Below are positions 1 to 15,000 of a stretch of DNA of 64,000 nt, in pieces; the first letter of the stretch is position 1; every line of letters starts with the position of its first letter. Made by a program: the position numbers and the translations under genes. The DNA comes from Nemertoderma westbladi (taxonomy: Eukaryota > Animalia > Xenacoelomorpha). The notes beneath the pieces are model-generated. The model was not told where the DNA came from. It worked only from the letters and a program-made list of their open reading frames with translations, and made no database searches. The DNA lies in NCBI GenBank assembly GCA_032718475.1, contig JAUCBJ010002196.1, forward strand, positions 18,299 to 82,298, read 5' to 3'.

Positions 1-3000
1 CTGTGTCACACAATACTATCAGCTTGTGTCATACAATACTCTCTGCCTGTGTCACACAATACTATCAGCTTGTGTCATACAATACTCTCTGCCTGTGTCA
101 CACAATACTCTCTGATTGTGTCACACAATACTCTCTGTCTGTGTCACACAATACTCTCTGCTTGTGTCACACAATACTCTCTGCCTGTGTCACACAATAC
201 TATCAGCTTGTGTCACACAATACTCTCTGTCTGTGTCACACAATACTCTCTGCCTGTGTCACACAATACTCTCTGCCTGTGTCACACAATACTCCTGCTT
301 GTGTCACACAAGACGCTCTGATTGTGTCACACAATATTCTCTGTCTGTGTCACACAATACTATCAGCTTGTGTCACACAATACTCTCTGCCTGTGTCACA
401 CAATACTCTATGTCTGTGTCACACAATACTATCAGCTTGTGTCACACAATACTCTCTACCTGTGTCACACAATACTCTCTGAGTGTGTGAATTAATACTC
501 ACTGCCTGTGTCACACAATACTATCAGCTTGTGTCACACAATACTCTCTGAGTGTGTGACTCAATACTCTCTGCCTGTGTCACACAATACTCTCTGCTTG
601 TGTCACACAAGACGCTCTGCTTGTGTCACACAATACTCTCTGTCTGTGTCACACAATACGTTCTGCTTGTGTCACACAATACGTACTGCTTGTGTCACAC
701 AATACTCTCTACCTGTGTCACAGAATACTCTCTACCTGTGTCACACAATACTCTCTGTCTGTGTCACACAATACTCTCTGCCTGTGTCACACAATACTCT
801 CTGCCTGTGTCACACAATACTATCAGCTTGTGTCACACAATACTATCTGCCTGTGTAACACAATACTCACTGATTGTGTCGCACAATACTCTCTGCCTGT
901 GTCACACAATACTCTCTGCTGGTGTCACACAATGCTCTCTGCCTGCGTCACACAATACTCCTGCTTGTGTCACACAATACGCTCTGCTTGTGTCACACAA
1001 TACTCTCAGTCTGTATCACACAAGACGCTCTGAGTGTGTGACTCAATACTCTCTGCCTGTGTCACACAATACTATCAGCTTCTGTCACACAATACTCTCT
1101 GCCTGTGTCACACAATACTCTCTGAGCGTGTGATTCAATACTCTCTGCCTGTGTCACACAATACTCTCTGAGTGTGTGACTCAATACTCTCTGCCTGTGT
1201 CACACAATACTATCAGCTTGTGTCACACAATACTCTCTGCCTGTGTGACACAATACTCTCTGAGTGTGTGAATTAATACTCAATGCCTGTGTCACACAAT
1301 ACTATCAGCTTGTGTCACACAATACTCTCTGAGTGTGTGACTCAATACTCTCTGCCTGTGTCACACAATACTCTCTACTTGTGTCACACAAGACGCTCTG
1401 CTTGTGTCACACAATACTCTCTGTCTGTGTCACACAATACGTTCTGCTTGTGTCACACAATACGTTCTGCTTGTGTCACACAATACTCTCTACCTGTGTC
1501 ACAGAATACTCTCTACCTGTGTCACACAATACTCTCTGTCTGTGTCACTCAATACTCTCTGCCTGTGTCACACAATACTCTCTGCCTGTGTCACACAATA
1601 CTATCAGCTTGTGTCACACAATACTATCTGCCTGTGTCACACAATACTCACTGATTGTGTCGCACAATACTCTCTGCCTGTGTCACACAATACTCTCTGC
1701 TGGTGTCACACAATACTATCTGCCTGCGTCACACAATACTCCTGCTTGTGTCACACAATACGCTCTGCTTGTGTCACACAATACTCTCAGTCTGTGTCAC
1801 ACAAGACGCTCTGAGTGTGTGACTCAATACTCTCTGCCTGTGTCACACAATACTATCAGCTTCTGTCACACAATACACTCTGCCTGTGTCACACAATACT
1901 CTCTGAGTGTGTGACTCAATACTCTCTGCCTGTGTCACACAATACTCTCTGAGTGTGTGACTCAATACTCTCTGCCTGTGTCACACAATACTATCAGCTT
2001 GTGTCACACAATACTCTCTGCCTGTGTCACACAATACTCTCTGATTGTGTCACACAATACTCTCTGTCTGTGTCAAACAATACTCTCTGCTTGTGTCACA
2101 CAATACTCTCTGCCCGTGTCACGCAATACTCTCTGAGTGTGTGAATTAATACTCACTGCCTGTGTCACACAATACTATCAGCTTGTGTCATACAATACTC
2201 TCTGCCTGTGTCACACAATACTATCAGCTTGTGTCATACAATACTCTCTGCCTGTGTCACACAATACTCTCTGATTGTGTCACACAATACTCTCTGTCTG
2301 TGTCACACAATAATCTCTGCTTGTGTCACACAATACTCTCTGCCTGTGTCACACAATACTATCAGCTTGTGTACACAATACTCTCTGTCTGTGTCACACA
2401 ATACTCTCTGAGTGTGTGACTCAATACTCTCTGCCTGTGTCACACAATACTATCAGCTTGTGTCATACAATACTCTCTGCCTGTGTCACACAATACTATC
2501 AGCTTGTGTCATACAATACTCTCTGCCTGTGTCACACAATACTCTCTGATTGTGTCACACAATACTCTCTGTCTGTGTCACACAATACTCTCTGCTTGTG
2601 TCACACAATACTCTCTGCCTGTGTCACACAATACTATCAGCTTGTGTCACACAATACTCTCTGTCTGTGTCACACAATACTCTCTGCCTGTGTCACACAA
2701 TACTCCTGCTTGTGTCACACAAGACGCTCTGCTTGTGTCACACAATATTCTCTGTCTGTGTCACACAATACTATCAGCTTGTGTCACACAATACTCTCTG
2801 CCTGTGTCACACAATACTCTATGTCTGTGTCACACAATACTATCAGCTTGTGTCACACAATACTCTCTACCTGTGTCACACAATACTCTCTGAGTGTGTG
2901 AATTAATACTCACTGCCTGTGTCACACAATACTATCAGCTTGTGTCACACAATACTCTCTGAGTGTGTGACTCAATACTCTCTGCCTGTGTCACACAATA

Positions 3001-6000
3001 CTCTCTGCTTGTGTCACACAAGACGCTCTGCTTGTGTCACACAATACTCTCTGTCTGTGTCACACAATACGTTCTGCTTGTGTCACACAATACGTACTGC
3101 TTGTGTCACACAATACTCTCTACCTGTGTCACAGAATACTCTCTACCTGTGTCACACAATACTCTCTGTCTGTGTCACACAATACTCTCTGCCTGTGTCA
3201 CACAATACTCTCTGCCTGTGTCACACAATACTATCAGCTTGTGTCACACAATACTATCTGCCTGTGTAACACAATACTCACTGATTGTGTCGCACAATAC
3301 TCTCTGCCTGTGTCACACAATACTCTCTGCTGGTGTCACACAATGCTCTCTGCCTGCGTCACACAATACTCCTGCTTGTGTCACACAATACGCTCTGCTT
3401 GTGTCACACAATACTCTCTGCTGGTGTCACACAATGCTCTCTGCCTGCGTCACACAATACTATCAGCTTGTGTCACACAATACTCTCTGAGTGTGTGAAT
3501 TAATACTCACTGCCTGTGTCACACAATACTATCAGCTTGTGTCATACAATACTCTCTGCCTGTGTCACACAATACTATCAGCTTGTGTCATACAATACTC
3601 TCTGCCTGTGTCACACAATACTATCAGCTTGTGTCATACAATACTCTCTGCTTGTGTCACACAATACTTTCTGCCCTTGTCACGCAATACTCTCTGAGTG
3701 TGTGAATTAATACTCACTGCCTGTGTCACACAATACTATCAGCTTGTGTCATACAATACTCTCTGCCTGTGTCACACAATACTATCAGCTTGTGTCATAC
3801 AATACTCTCTGCCTGTGTCACACAATACTATCAGCTTGTGTCATACAATACTCTCTGCTTGTGTCACACAATACTCTCTGCCCTTGTCACGCAATACTCT
3901 CTGAGTGTGTGAATTAATACTCACTGCCTGTGTCACACAATACTATCAGCTTGTGTCATACAATACTCTCTGCCTGTGTCACACAATACTATCAGCTTGT
4001 GTCATACAATACTCTCTGCCTGTGTCACACAATACTATCAGCTTGTGTCATACAATACTCTCTGCCTGTGTCACACAATACTCTCTGATTGTGTCACACA
4101 ATACTCTCTGTCTGTGTCACACAATAATCTCTGCTTGTGTCACACAATACTCTCTGCCTGTGTCACACAATACTATCAGCTTGTGTCACACAATACTCTC
4201 TGCCTGTGCCACACAATACTATCAGCTTGTGTCATACAATACTCTCTGCTTGTGTCACACAATACTCTCTGCCTGTGTCACACAATGCTCTCTGATTGTG
4301 TCACACAATACTCTCTGCCTGTGTCACACAATACTCTCTGAGTGTGTGACTCAATACTCTCTGCCTGTGTCACACAATACTATCAGCTTGTGTCACACAA
4401 TACTCTCTGCCTGTGCCACACAATACTATCAGCTTGTGTCATACAATACTCTCTGCCTGTGTCACACAATACTATCAGCTTGTGTCACACAATACTCTCT
4501 GCCTGTGCCACACAATACTATCAGCTTGTGTCATACAATACTCTCTGCCTGTGCCACACAATACTATCAGCTTGTGTCATACAATACTCTCTGCCTGTGC
4601 CACACAATACTCTCTGTCTGTGTCACACAATACTCTCTGCCTGTGTCACACAATACTCTCTGCCTGTGTCACACAATACTATCAGCTTGTCTCACACAAT
4701 ACTATCAGCTTGTGTCACACAATACTCTCTGCCTGTGCCACACAATACTATCAGCTTGTGTCATACAATACTCTCTGCCTGTGTCACACAATACTATCAG
4801 CTTGTGTCACACAATACTCTCTGCCTGTGCCACACAATACTATCAGCTTGTGTCATACAATACTCTCTGCCTGTGCCACACAATACTCTCTGTCTGTGTC
4901 ACACAATACTCTCTGCCTGTGTCACACAATACTCTCTGCCTGTGTCACACAATACTATCAGCTTGTCTCACACAATACTATCAGCTTGTGTCACACAATA
5001 CTCTCTGCCTGTGCCACACAATACTATCAGCTTGTGTCATACAATACTCTCTGCCTGTGTCACACAATACTATCAGCTTGTGTCACACAATACTCTCTGC
5101 CTGTGCCACACAATACTATCAGCTTGTGTCATACAATACTCTCTGCCTGTGCCACACAATACTCTCTGTCTGTGTCACACAATACTCTCTGCCTGTGTCA
5201 CACAATACTCTCTGCCTGTGTCACACAATACTATCAGCTTGTCTCACACAATACTATCAGCTTGTGTCACACAATACTCTCTGCCTGTGCCACACAATAC
5301 TATCAGCTTGTGTCATACAATACTCTCTGCCTGTGTCACACAATACTATCAGCTTGTGTCACACAATACTCTCTGCCTGTGTCACACAATACTCTCTGCC
5401 TGTGTCACACAATACTCTCTGCCTGTGTCACACAATACTCTCTGCCTGTGTCACACAATACTCTCTACCTGTGTCACACAATAATCTCTGCTTGTGTCAC
5501 ACAATACTATCAGCTTGTGTCACACAATACTCTCTGAGTGTGTGACTCAATACTCTCTGCCTGTGTCACACAATACTATCAGCTTGTGTCACACAATACT
5601 CTCTGCCTGTGCCACACAATACTATCAGCTTGTGTCATACAATACTCTCTGCCTGTGTCACACAATACTATCAGCTTGTGTCACACAATACTCTCTGCCT
5701 GTGTCACACAATACTCTCTGCCTGTGTCACACAATACTCTCTACCTGTGTCACACAATAATCTCTGCTTGTGTCACACAATACTCACTGCCTGTGTCACA
5801 CAATACTATCAGCTTGTGTCATACAATACTCTCTGCCTGTGTCACACAATACTATCAGCTTGTGTCATACAATACTCTCTGCCTGTGTCACACAATACTC
5901 TCTGATTGTGTCACACAATACTCTCTGTCTGTGTCACACAATAATCTCTGCTTGTGTCACACAATACTCTCTGCCTGTGTCACACAATACTCTCTGCCTG

Positions 6001-9000
6001 TGTCACACAATACTATCAGCTTGTGTCATACAATAATCTCTGCCTGTGTCACACAATACTCTCTGCCTGTGTCACACAATACTATCAGCTTGTCTCACAC
6101 AATACTATCAGCTTGTGTCACACAATACTCTCTGCCTGTGCCACACAATACTATCAGCTTGTGTCATACAATACTCTCTGCCTGTGTCACACAATACTAT
6201 CAGCTTGTGTCACACAATACTCTCTGCCTGTGTCACACAATACTCTCTGCCTGTGTCACACAATACTCTCTGCCTGTGTCACACAATACTCTCTGCCTGT
6301 GTCACACAATACTCTCTACCTGTGTCATACAATAATCTCTGCTTGTGTCACACAATACTATCAGCTTGTGTCACACAATACTCTCTGAGTGTGTGACTCA
6401 ATACTCTCTGCCTGTGTCACACAATACTATCAGCTTGTGTCACACAATACTCTCTGCCTGTGCCACACAATACTATCAGCTTGTGTCATACAATACTCTC
6501 TGCCTGTGTCACACAATACTATCAGCTTGTGTCACACAATACTCTCTGCCTGTGTCACACAATACTCTCTGCCTGTGTCACACAATACTCTCTACCTGTG
6601 TCACACAATAATCTCTGCTTGTGTCACACAATACTCACTGCCTGTGTCACACAATACTATCAGCTTGTGTCATACAATACTCTCTGCCTGTGTCACACAA
6701 TACTATCAGCTTGTGTCATACAATACTCTCTGCCTGTGTCACACAATACTCTCTGATTGTGTCACACAATACTCTCTGTCTGTGTCACACAATAATCTCT
6801 GCTTGTGTCACACAATACTCTCTGCCTGTGTCACACAATACTCTCTGCCTGTGTCACACAATACTATCAGCTTGTGTCATACAATACTCTCTGCCTGTGT
6901 CACACAATACTCTCTGCCTGTGACACACAATACTCTCTGCCTGTGACACACAATACTCTCTGCCTGTGACACACAATACTCTCTGCCTGTGTCACACAAT
7001 ACTCTCTGATTGTGTCACACAATACTCTCTGCCTGTGCCACACAATACTATCAGCCTGTGTCACACAATAATCTCTGCTTGTGTCACACAATACTCTCTG
7101 CCTGTGTCACACAATACTCTCTGCCCTTGTCACACAATACTCTCTGTCTGTGTCACACAATAATCTCTGCTTGTGTCACACAATACTCTCTGCTTGTGTC
7201 ACACAATACTATCAGCTTCTGTCACACAATACTCTCTGCCTGTGTCACACAATACTCTCTGAGCGTGTGATTCAATACTCTCTGCCTGTGTCACACAATA
7301 CTCTCTGAGTGTGTGACTCAATACTCTCTGCCTGTGTCACACAATACTATCAGCTTGTGTCACACAATACTCTCTGCCTGTGTGACACAATACTCTCTGA
7401 GTGTGTGAATTAATACTCAATGCCTGTGTCACACAATACTATCAGCTTGTGTCACACAATACTCTCTGAGTGTGTGACTCAATACTCTCTGCCTGTGTCA
7501 CACAATACTCTCTACTTGTGTCACACAAGACGCTCTGCTTGTGTCACACAATACTCTCTGTCTGTGTCACACAATACGTTCTGCTTGTGTCACACAATAC
7601 GTTCTGCTTGTGTCACACAATACTCTCTACCTGTGTCACAGAATACTCTCTACCTGTGTCACACAATACTCTCTGTCTGTGTCACTCAATACTCTCTGCC
7701 TGTGTCACACAATAGTCTCTGCCTGTGTCACACAATACTATCAGCTTGTGTCACACAATACTATCTGCCTGTGTCACACAATACTCACTGATTGTGTCGC
7801 ACAATACTCTCTGCCTGTGTCACACAATACTCTCTGCTGGTGTCACACAATACTATCTGCCTGCGTCACACAATACTCCTGCTTGTGTCACACAATACGC
7901 TCTGCTTGTGTCACACAATACTCTCAGTCTGTGTCACACAAGACGCTCTGAGTGTGTGACTCAATACTCTCTGCCTGTGTCACACAATACTATCAGCTTC
8001 TGTCACACAATACACTCTGCCTGTGTCACACAATACTCTCTGAGTGTGTGACTCAATACTCTCTGCCTGTGTCACACAATACTCTCTGAGTGTGTGACTC
8101 AATACTCTCTGCCTGTGTCACACAATACTATCAGCTTGTGTCACACAATACTCTCTGCCTGTGTCACACAATACTCTCTGATTGTGTCACACAATACTCT
8201 CTGTCTGTGTCAAACAATACTCTCTGCTTGTGTCACACAATACTCTCTGCCCGTGTCACGCAATACTCTCTGAGTGTGTGAATTAATACTCACTGCCTGT
8301 GTCACACAATACTATCAGCTTGTGTCATACAATACTCTCTGCCTGTGTCACACAATACTATCAGCTTGTGTCATACAATACTCTCTGCCTGTGTCACACA
8401 ATACTCTCTGATTGTGTCACACAATACTCTCTGTCTGTGTCACACAATAATCTCTGCTTGTGTCACACAATACTCTCTGCCTGTGTCACACAATACTATC
8501 AGCTTGTGTACACAATACTCTCTGTCTGTGTCACACAATACTCTCTGAGTGTGTGACTCAATACTCTCTGCCTGTGTCACACAATACTATCAGCTTGTGT
8601 CATACAATACTCTCTGCCTGTGTCACACAATACTATCAGCTTGTGTCATACAATACTCTCTGCCTGTGTCACACAATACTCTCTGATTGTGTCACACAAT
8701 ACTCTCTGTCTGTGTCACACAATACTCTCTGCTTGTGTCACACAATACTCTCTGCCTGTGTCACACAATACTATCAGCTTGTGTCACACAATACTCTCTG
8801 TCTGTGTCACACAATACTCTCTGCCTGTGTCACACAATACTCCTGCTTGTGTCACACAAGACGCTCTGCTTGTGTCACACAATATTCTCTGTCTGTGTCA
8901 CACAATACTATCAGCTTGTGTCACACAATACTCTCTGCCTGTGTCACACAATACTCTATGTCTGTGTCACACAATACTATCAGCTTGTGTCACACAATAC

Positions 9001-12000
9001 TCTCTACCTGTGTCACACAATACTCTCTGAGTGTGTGAATTAATACTCACTGCCTGTGTCACACAATACTATCAGCTTGTGTCACACAATACTCTCTGAG
9101 TGTGTGACTCAATACTCTCTGCCTGTGTCACACAATACTCTCTGCTTGTGTCACACAAGACGCTCTGCTTGTGTCACACAATACTCTCTGTCTGTGTCAC
9201 ACAATACGTTCTGCTTGTGTCACACAATACGTACTGCTTGTGTCACACAATACTCTCTACCTGTGTCACAGAATACTCTCTACCTGTGTCACACAATACT
9301 CTCTGTCTGTGTCACACAATACTCTCTGCCTGTGTCACACAATACTCTCTGCCTGTGTCACACAATACTATCAGCTTGTGTCACACAATACTATCTGCCT
9401 GTGTAACACAATACTCACTGATTGTGTCGCACAATACTCTCTGCCTGTGTCACACAATACTCTCTGCTGGTGTCACACAATGCTCTCTGCCTGCGTCACA
9501 CAATACTCCTGCTTGTGTCACACAATACGCTCTGCTTGTGTCACACAATACTCTCTGCTGGTGTCACACAATGCTCTCTGCCTGCGTCACACAATACTAT
9601 CAGCTTGTGTCACACAATACTCTCTGAGTGTGTGAATTAATACTCACTGCCTGTGTCACACAATACTATCAGCTTGTGTCATACAATACTCTCTGCCTGT
9701 GTCACACAATACTATCAGCTTGTGTCATACAATACTCTCTGCCTGTGTCACACAATACTATCAGCTTGTGTCATACAATACTCTCTGCTTGTGTCACACA
9801 ATACTTTCTGCCCTTGTCACGCAATACTCTCTGAGTGTGTGAATTAATACTCACTGCCTGTGTCACACAATACTATCAGCTTGTGTCATACAATACTCTC
9901 TGCCTGTGTCACACAATACTATCAGCTTGTGTCATACAATACTCTCTGCCTGTGTCACACAATACTATCAGCTTGTGTCATACAATACTCTCTGCTTGTG
10001 TCACACAATACTCTCTGCCCTTGTCACGCAATACTCTCTGAGTGTGTGAATTAATACTCACTGCCTGTGTCACACAATACTATCAGCTTGTGTCATACAA
10101 TACTCTCTGCCTGTGTCACACAATACTATCAGCTTGTGTCATACAATACTCTCTGCCTGTGTCACACAATACTATCAGCTTGTGTCATACAATACTCTCT
10201 GCCTGTGTCACACAATACTCTCTGATTGTGTCACACAATACTCTCTGTCTGTGTCACACAATAATCTCTGCTTGTGTCACACAATACTCTCTGCCTGTGT
10301 CACACAATACTATCAGCTTGTGTCACACAATACTCTCTGCCTGTGCCACACAATACTATCAGCTTGTGTCATACAATACTCTCTGCTTGTGTCACACAAT
10401 ACTCTCTGCCTGTGTCACACAATACTCTCTGATTGTGTCACACAATACTCTCTGCCTGTGTCACACAATACTCTCTGAGTGTGTGACTCAATACTCTCTG
10501 CCTGTGTCACACAATACTATCAGCTTGTGTCACACAATACTCTCTGCCTGTGCCACACAATACTATCAGCTTGTGTCATACAATACTCTCTGCCTGTGTC
10601 ACACAATACTATCAGCTTGTGTCACACAATACTCTCTGCCTGTGCCACACAATACTATCAGCTTGTGTCATACAATACTCTCTGCCTGTGCCACACAATA
10701 CTATCAGCTTGTGTCATACAATACTCTCTGCCTGTGCCACACAATACTCTCTGTCTGTGTCACACAATACTCTCTGCCTGTGTCACACAATACTCTCTGC
10801 CTGTGTCACACAATACTATCAGCTTGTCTCACACAATACTATCAGCTTGTGTCACACAATACTCTCTGCCTGTGCCACACAATACTATCAGCTTGTGTCA
10901 TACAATACTCTCTGCCTGTGTCACACAATACTATCAGCTTGTGTCACACAATACTCTCTGCCTGTGCCACACAATACTATCAGCTTGTGTCATACAATAC
11001 TCTCTGCCTGTGCCACACAATACTCTCTGTCTGTGTCACACAATACTCTCTGCCTGTGTCACACAATACTCTCTGCCTGTGTCACACAATACTATCAGCT
11101 TGTCTCACACAATACTATCAGCTTGTGTCACACAATACTCTCTGCCTGTGCCACACAATACTATCAGCTTGTGTCATACAATACTCTCTGCCTGTGTCAC
11201 ACAATACTATCAGCTTGTGTCACACAATACTCTCTGCCTGTGCCACACAATACTATCAGCTTGTGTCATACAATACTCTCTGCCTGTGCCACACAATACT
11301 CTCTGTCTGTGTCACACAATACTCTCTGCCTGTGTCACACAATACTCTCTGCCTGTGTCACACAATACTATCAGCTTGTCTCACACAATACTATCAGCTT
11401 GTGTCACACAATACTCTCTGCCTGTGCCACACAATACTATCAGCTTGTGTCATACAATACTCTCTGCCTGTGTCACACAATACTATCAGCTTGTGTCACA
11501 CAATACTCTCTGCCTGTGTCACACAATACTCTCTGCCTGTGTCACACAATACTCTCTGCCTGTGTCACACAATACTCTCTGCCTGTGTCACACAATAATC
11601 TCTGCTTGTGTCACACAATACTATCAGCTTGTGTCACACAATACTCTCTGAGTGTGTGACTCAATACTCTCTGCCTGTGTCACACAATACTATCAGCTTG
11701 TGTCACACAATACTCTCTGCCTGTGCCACACAATACTATCAGCTTGTGTCATACAATACTCTCTGCCTGTGTCACACAATACTATCAGCTTGTGTCACAC
11801 AATACTCTCTGCCTGTGTCACACAATACTCTCTGCCTGTGTCACACAATACTCTCTACCTGTGTCACACAATAATCTCTGCTTGTGTCACACAATACTCA
11901 CTGCCTGTGTCACACAATACTATCAGCTTGTGTCATACAATACTCTCTGCCTGTGTCACACAATACTATCAGCTTGTGTCATACAATACTCTCTGCCTGT

Positions 12001-15000
12001 GTCACACAATACTCTCTGATTGTGTCACACAATACTCTCTGTCTGTGTCACACAATAATCTCTGCTTGTGTCACACAATACTCTCTGCCTGTGTCACACA
12101 ATACTCTCTGCCTGTGTCACACAATACTATCAGCTTGTGTCATACAATAATCTCTGCCTGTGTCACACAATACTCTCTGCCTGTGTCACACAATACTATC
12201 AGCTTGTCTCACACAATACTATCAGCTTGTGTCACACAATACTCTCTGCCTGTGCCACACAATACTATCAGCTTGTGTCATACAATACTCTCTGCCTGTG
12301 TCACACAATACTATCAGCTTGTGTCACACAATACTCTCTGCCTGTGTCACACAATACTCTCTGCCTGTGTCACACAATACTCTCTGCCTGTGTCACACAA
12401 TACTCTCTGCCTGTGTCACACAATACTCTCTACCTGTGTCACACAATAATCTCTGCTTGTGTCACACAATACTATCAGCTTGTGTCACACAATACTCTCT
12501 GAGTGTGTGACTCAATACTCTCTGCCTGTGTCACACAATACTATCAGCTTGTGTCACACAATACTCTCTGCCTGTGCCACACAATACTATCAGCTTGTGT
12601 CATACAATACTCTCTGCCTGTGTCACACAATACTATCAGCTTGTGTCACACAATACTCTCTGCCTGTGTCACACAATACTCTCTGCCTGTGTCACACAAT
12701 ACTCTCTACCTGTGTCACACAATAATCTCTGCTTGTGTCACACAATACTCACTGCCTGTGTCACACAATACTATCAGCTTGTGTCATACAATACTCTCTG
12801 CCTGTGTCACACAATACTATCAGCTTGTGTCATACAATACTCTCTGCCTGTGTCACACAATACTCTCTGATTGTGTCACACAATACTCTCTGTCTGTGTC
12901 ACACAATAATCTCTGCTTGTGTCACACAATACTCTCTGCCTGTGTCACACAATACTCTCTGCCTGTGTCACACAATACTATCAGCTTGTGTCATACAATA
13001 CTCTCTGCCTGTGTCACACAATACTCTCTGCCTGTGACACACAATACTCTCTGCCTGTGACACACAATACTCTCTGCCTGTGACACACAATACTCTCTGC
13101 CTGTGTCACACAATACTCTCTGATTGTGTCACACAATACTCTCTGCCTGTGCCACACAATACTATCAGCCTGTGTCACACAATAATCTCTGCTTGTGTCA
13201 CACAATACTCTCTGCCTGTGTCACACAATACTCTCTGCCCTTGTCACACAATACTCTCTGTCTGTGTCACACAATAATCTCTGCTTGTGTCACACAATAC
13301 TCTCTGCTTGTGTCACACAATACTCTCTGCCCTTGTCACACAATACTCTCTGATTGTGTCACACAATACTCTCTGCCTGTGTCACACAATACTATCAGCT
13401 TGTGTCATACAATGCTCTCTGCCTGTGTCACACAATACTCTCTGCCTGTGTCACACAATACTCTCTGATTGTGTCACACAATACTCTCTGTCTGTGTCAC
13501 ACAATAATCTCTGCTTGTGTCACACAATACTCTCTGCCTGTGTCACACAATACTCTCTGATTGTGTCACACAATACTCTCTGTCTGTGTCACACAATAAT
13601 CTCTGCTTGTGTCACACAATACTCTCTGCCTGTGTCACACAATACTATCAGCTTGTGTCATACAATACTCTCTGCCTGTGTCACACAATACTCTCTGCCT
13701 GTGTCACACAATACTCTCTGTCTGTGTCACACAATAATCTCTGCTTGTGTCACACAATACTCTCTGCCTGTGTCACACAATACTATCAGCTTGTGTACAC
13801 AATACTCTCTGTCTGTGTCACACAATACTCTCTGAGTGTGTGACTCAATACTCTCTGCCTGTGTCACACAATACTATCAGCTTGTGTCATACAATACTCT
13901 CTGCCTGTGTCACACAATACTATCAGCTTGTGTCATACAATACTCTCTGCCTGTGTCACACAATACTCTCTGATTGTGTCACACAATACTCTCTGTCTGT
14001 GTCACACAATACTCTCTGCTTGTGTCACACAATACTCTCTGCCTGTGTCACACAATACTCTCTGATTGTGTCACACAATACTCTCTGCCTGTGTCACACA
14101 ATACTATCAGCTTGTGTCATACAATACTCTCTGCCTGTGTCACACAATACTCTCTGCCTGTGTCACACAATACTCTCTGATTGTGTCACACAATACTCTC
14201 TGTCTGTGTCACACAATAATCTCTGCTTGTGTCACACAATACTCTCTGCCTGTGTCACACAATACTCTCTGATTGTGTCACACAATACTCTCTGTCTGTG
14301 TCACACAATAATCTCTGCTTGTGTCACACAATACTCTCTGCCTGTGTCACACAATACTATCAGCTTGTGTCATACAATACTCTCTGCCTGTGTCACACAA
14401 TACTCTCTGCCTGTGTCACACAATACTCTCTGTCTGTGTCACACAATAATCTCTGCTTGTGTCACACAATACTCTCTGCCTGTGTCACACAATACTATCA
14501 GCTTGTGTACACAATACTCTCTGTCTGTGTCACACAATACTCTCTGAGTGTGTGACTCAATACTCTCTGCCTGTGTCACACAATACTATCAGCTTGTGTC
14601 ATACAATACTCTCTGCCTGTGTCACACAATACTATCAGCTTGTGTCATACAATACTCTCTGCCTGTGTCACACAATACTCTCTGATTGTGTCACACAATA
14701 CTCTCTGTCTGTGTCACACAATACTCTCTGCTTGTGTCACACAATACTCTCTGCCTGTGTCACACAATACTATCAGCTTGTGTCACACAATACTCTCTGT
14801 CTGTGTCACACAATACTCTCTGCCTGTGTCACACAATACTCCTGCTTGTGTCACACAAGACGCTCTGATTGTGTCACACAATATTCTCTGTCTGTGTCAC
14901 ACAATACTATCAGCTTGTGTCACACAATACTCTCTGCCTGTGTCACACAATACTCTATGTCTGTGTCACACAATACTATCAGCTTGTGTCACACAATACT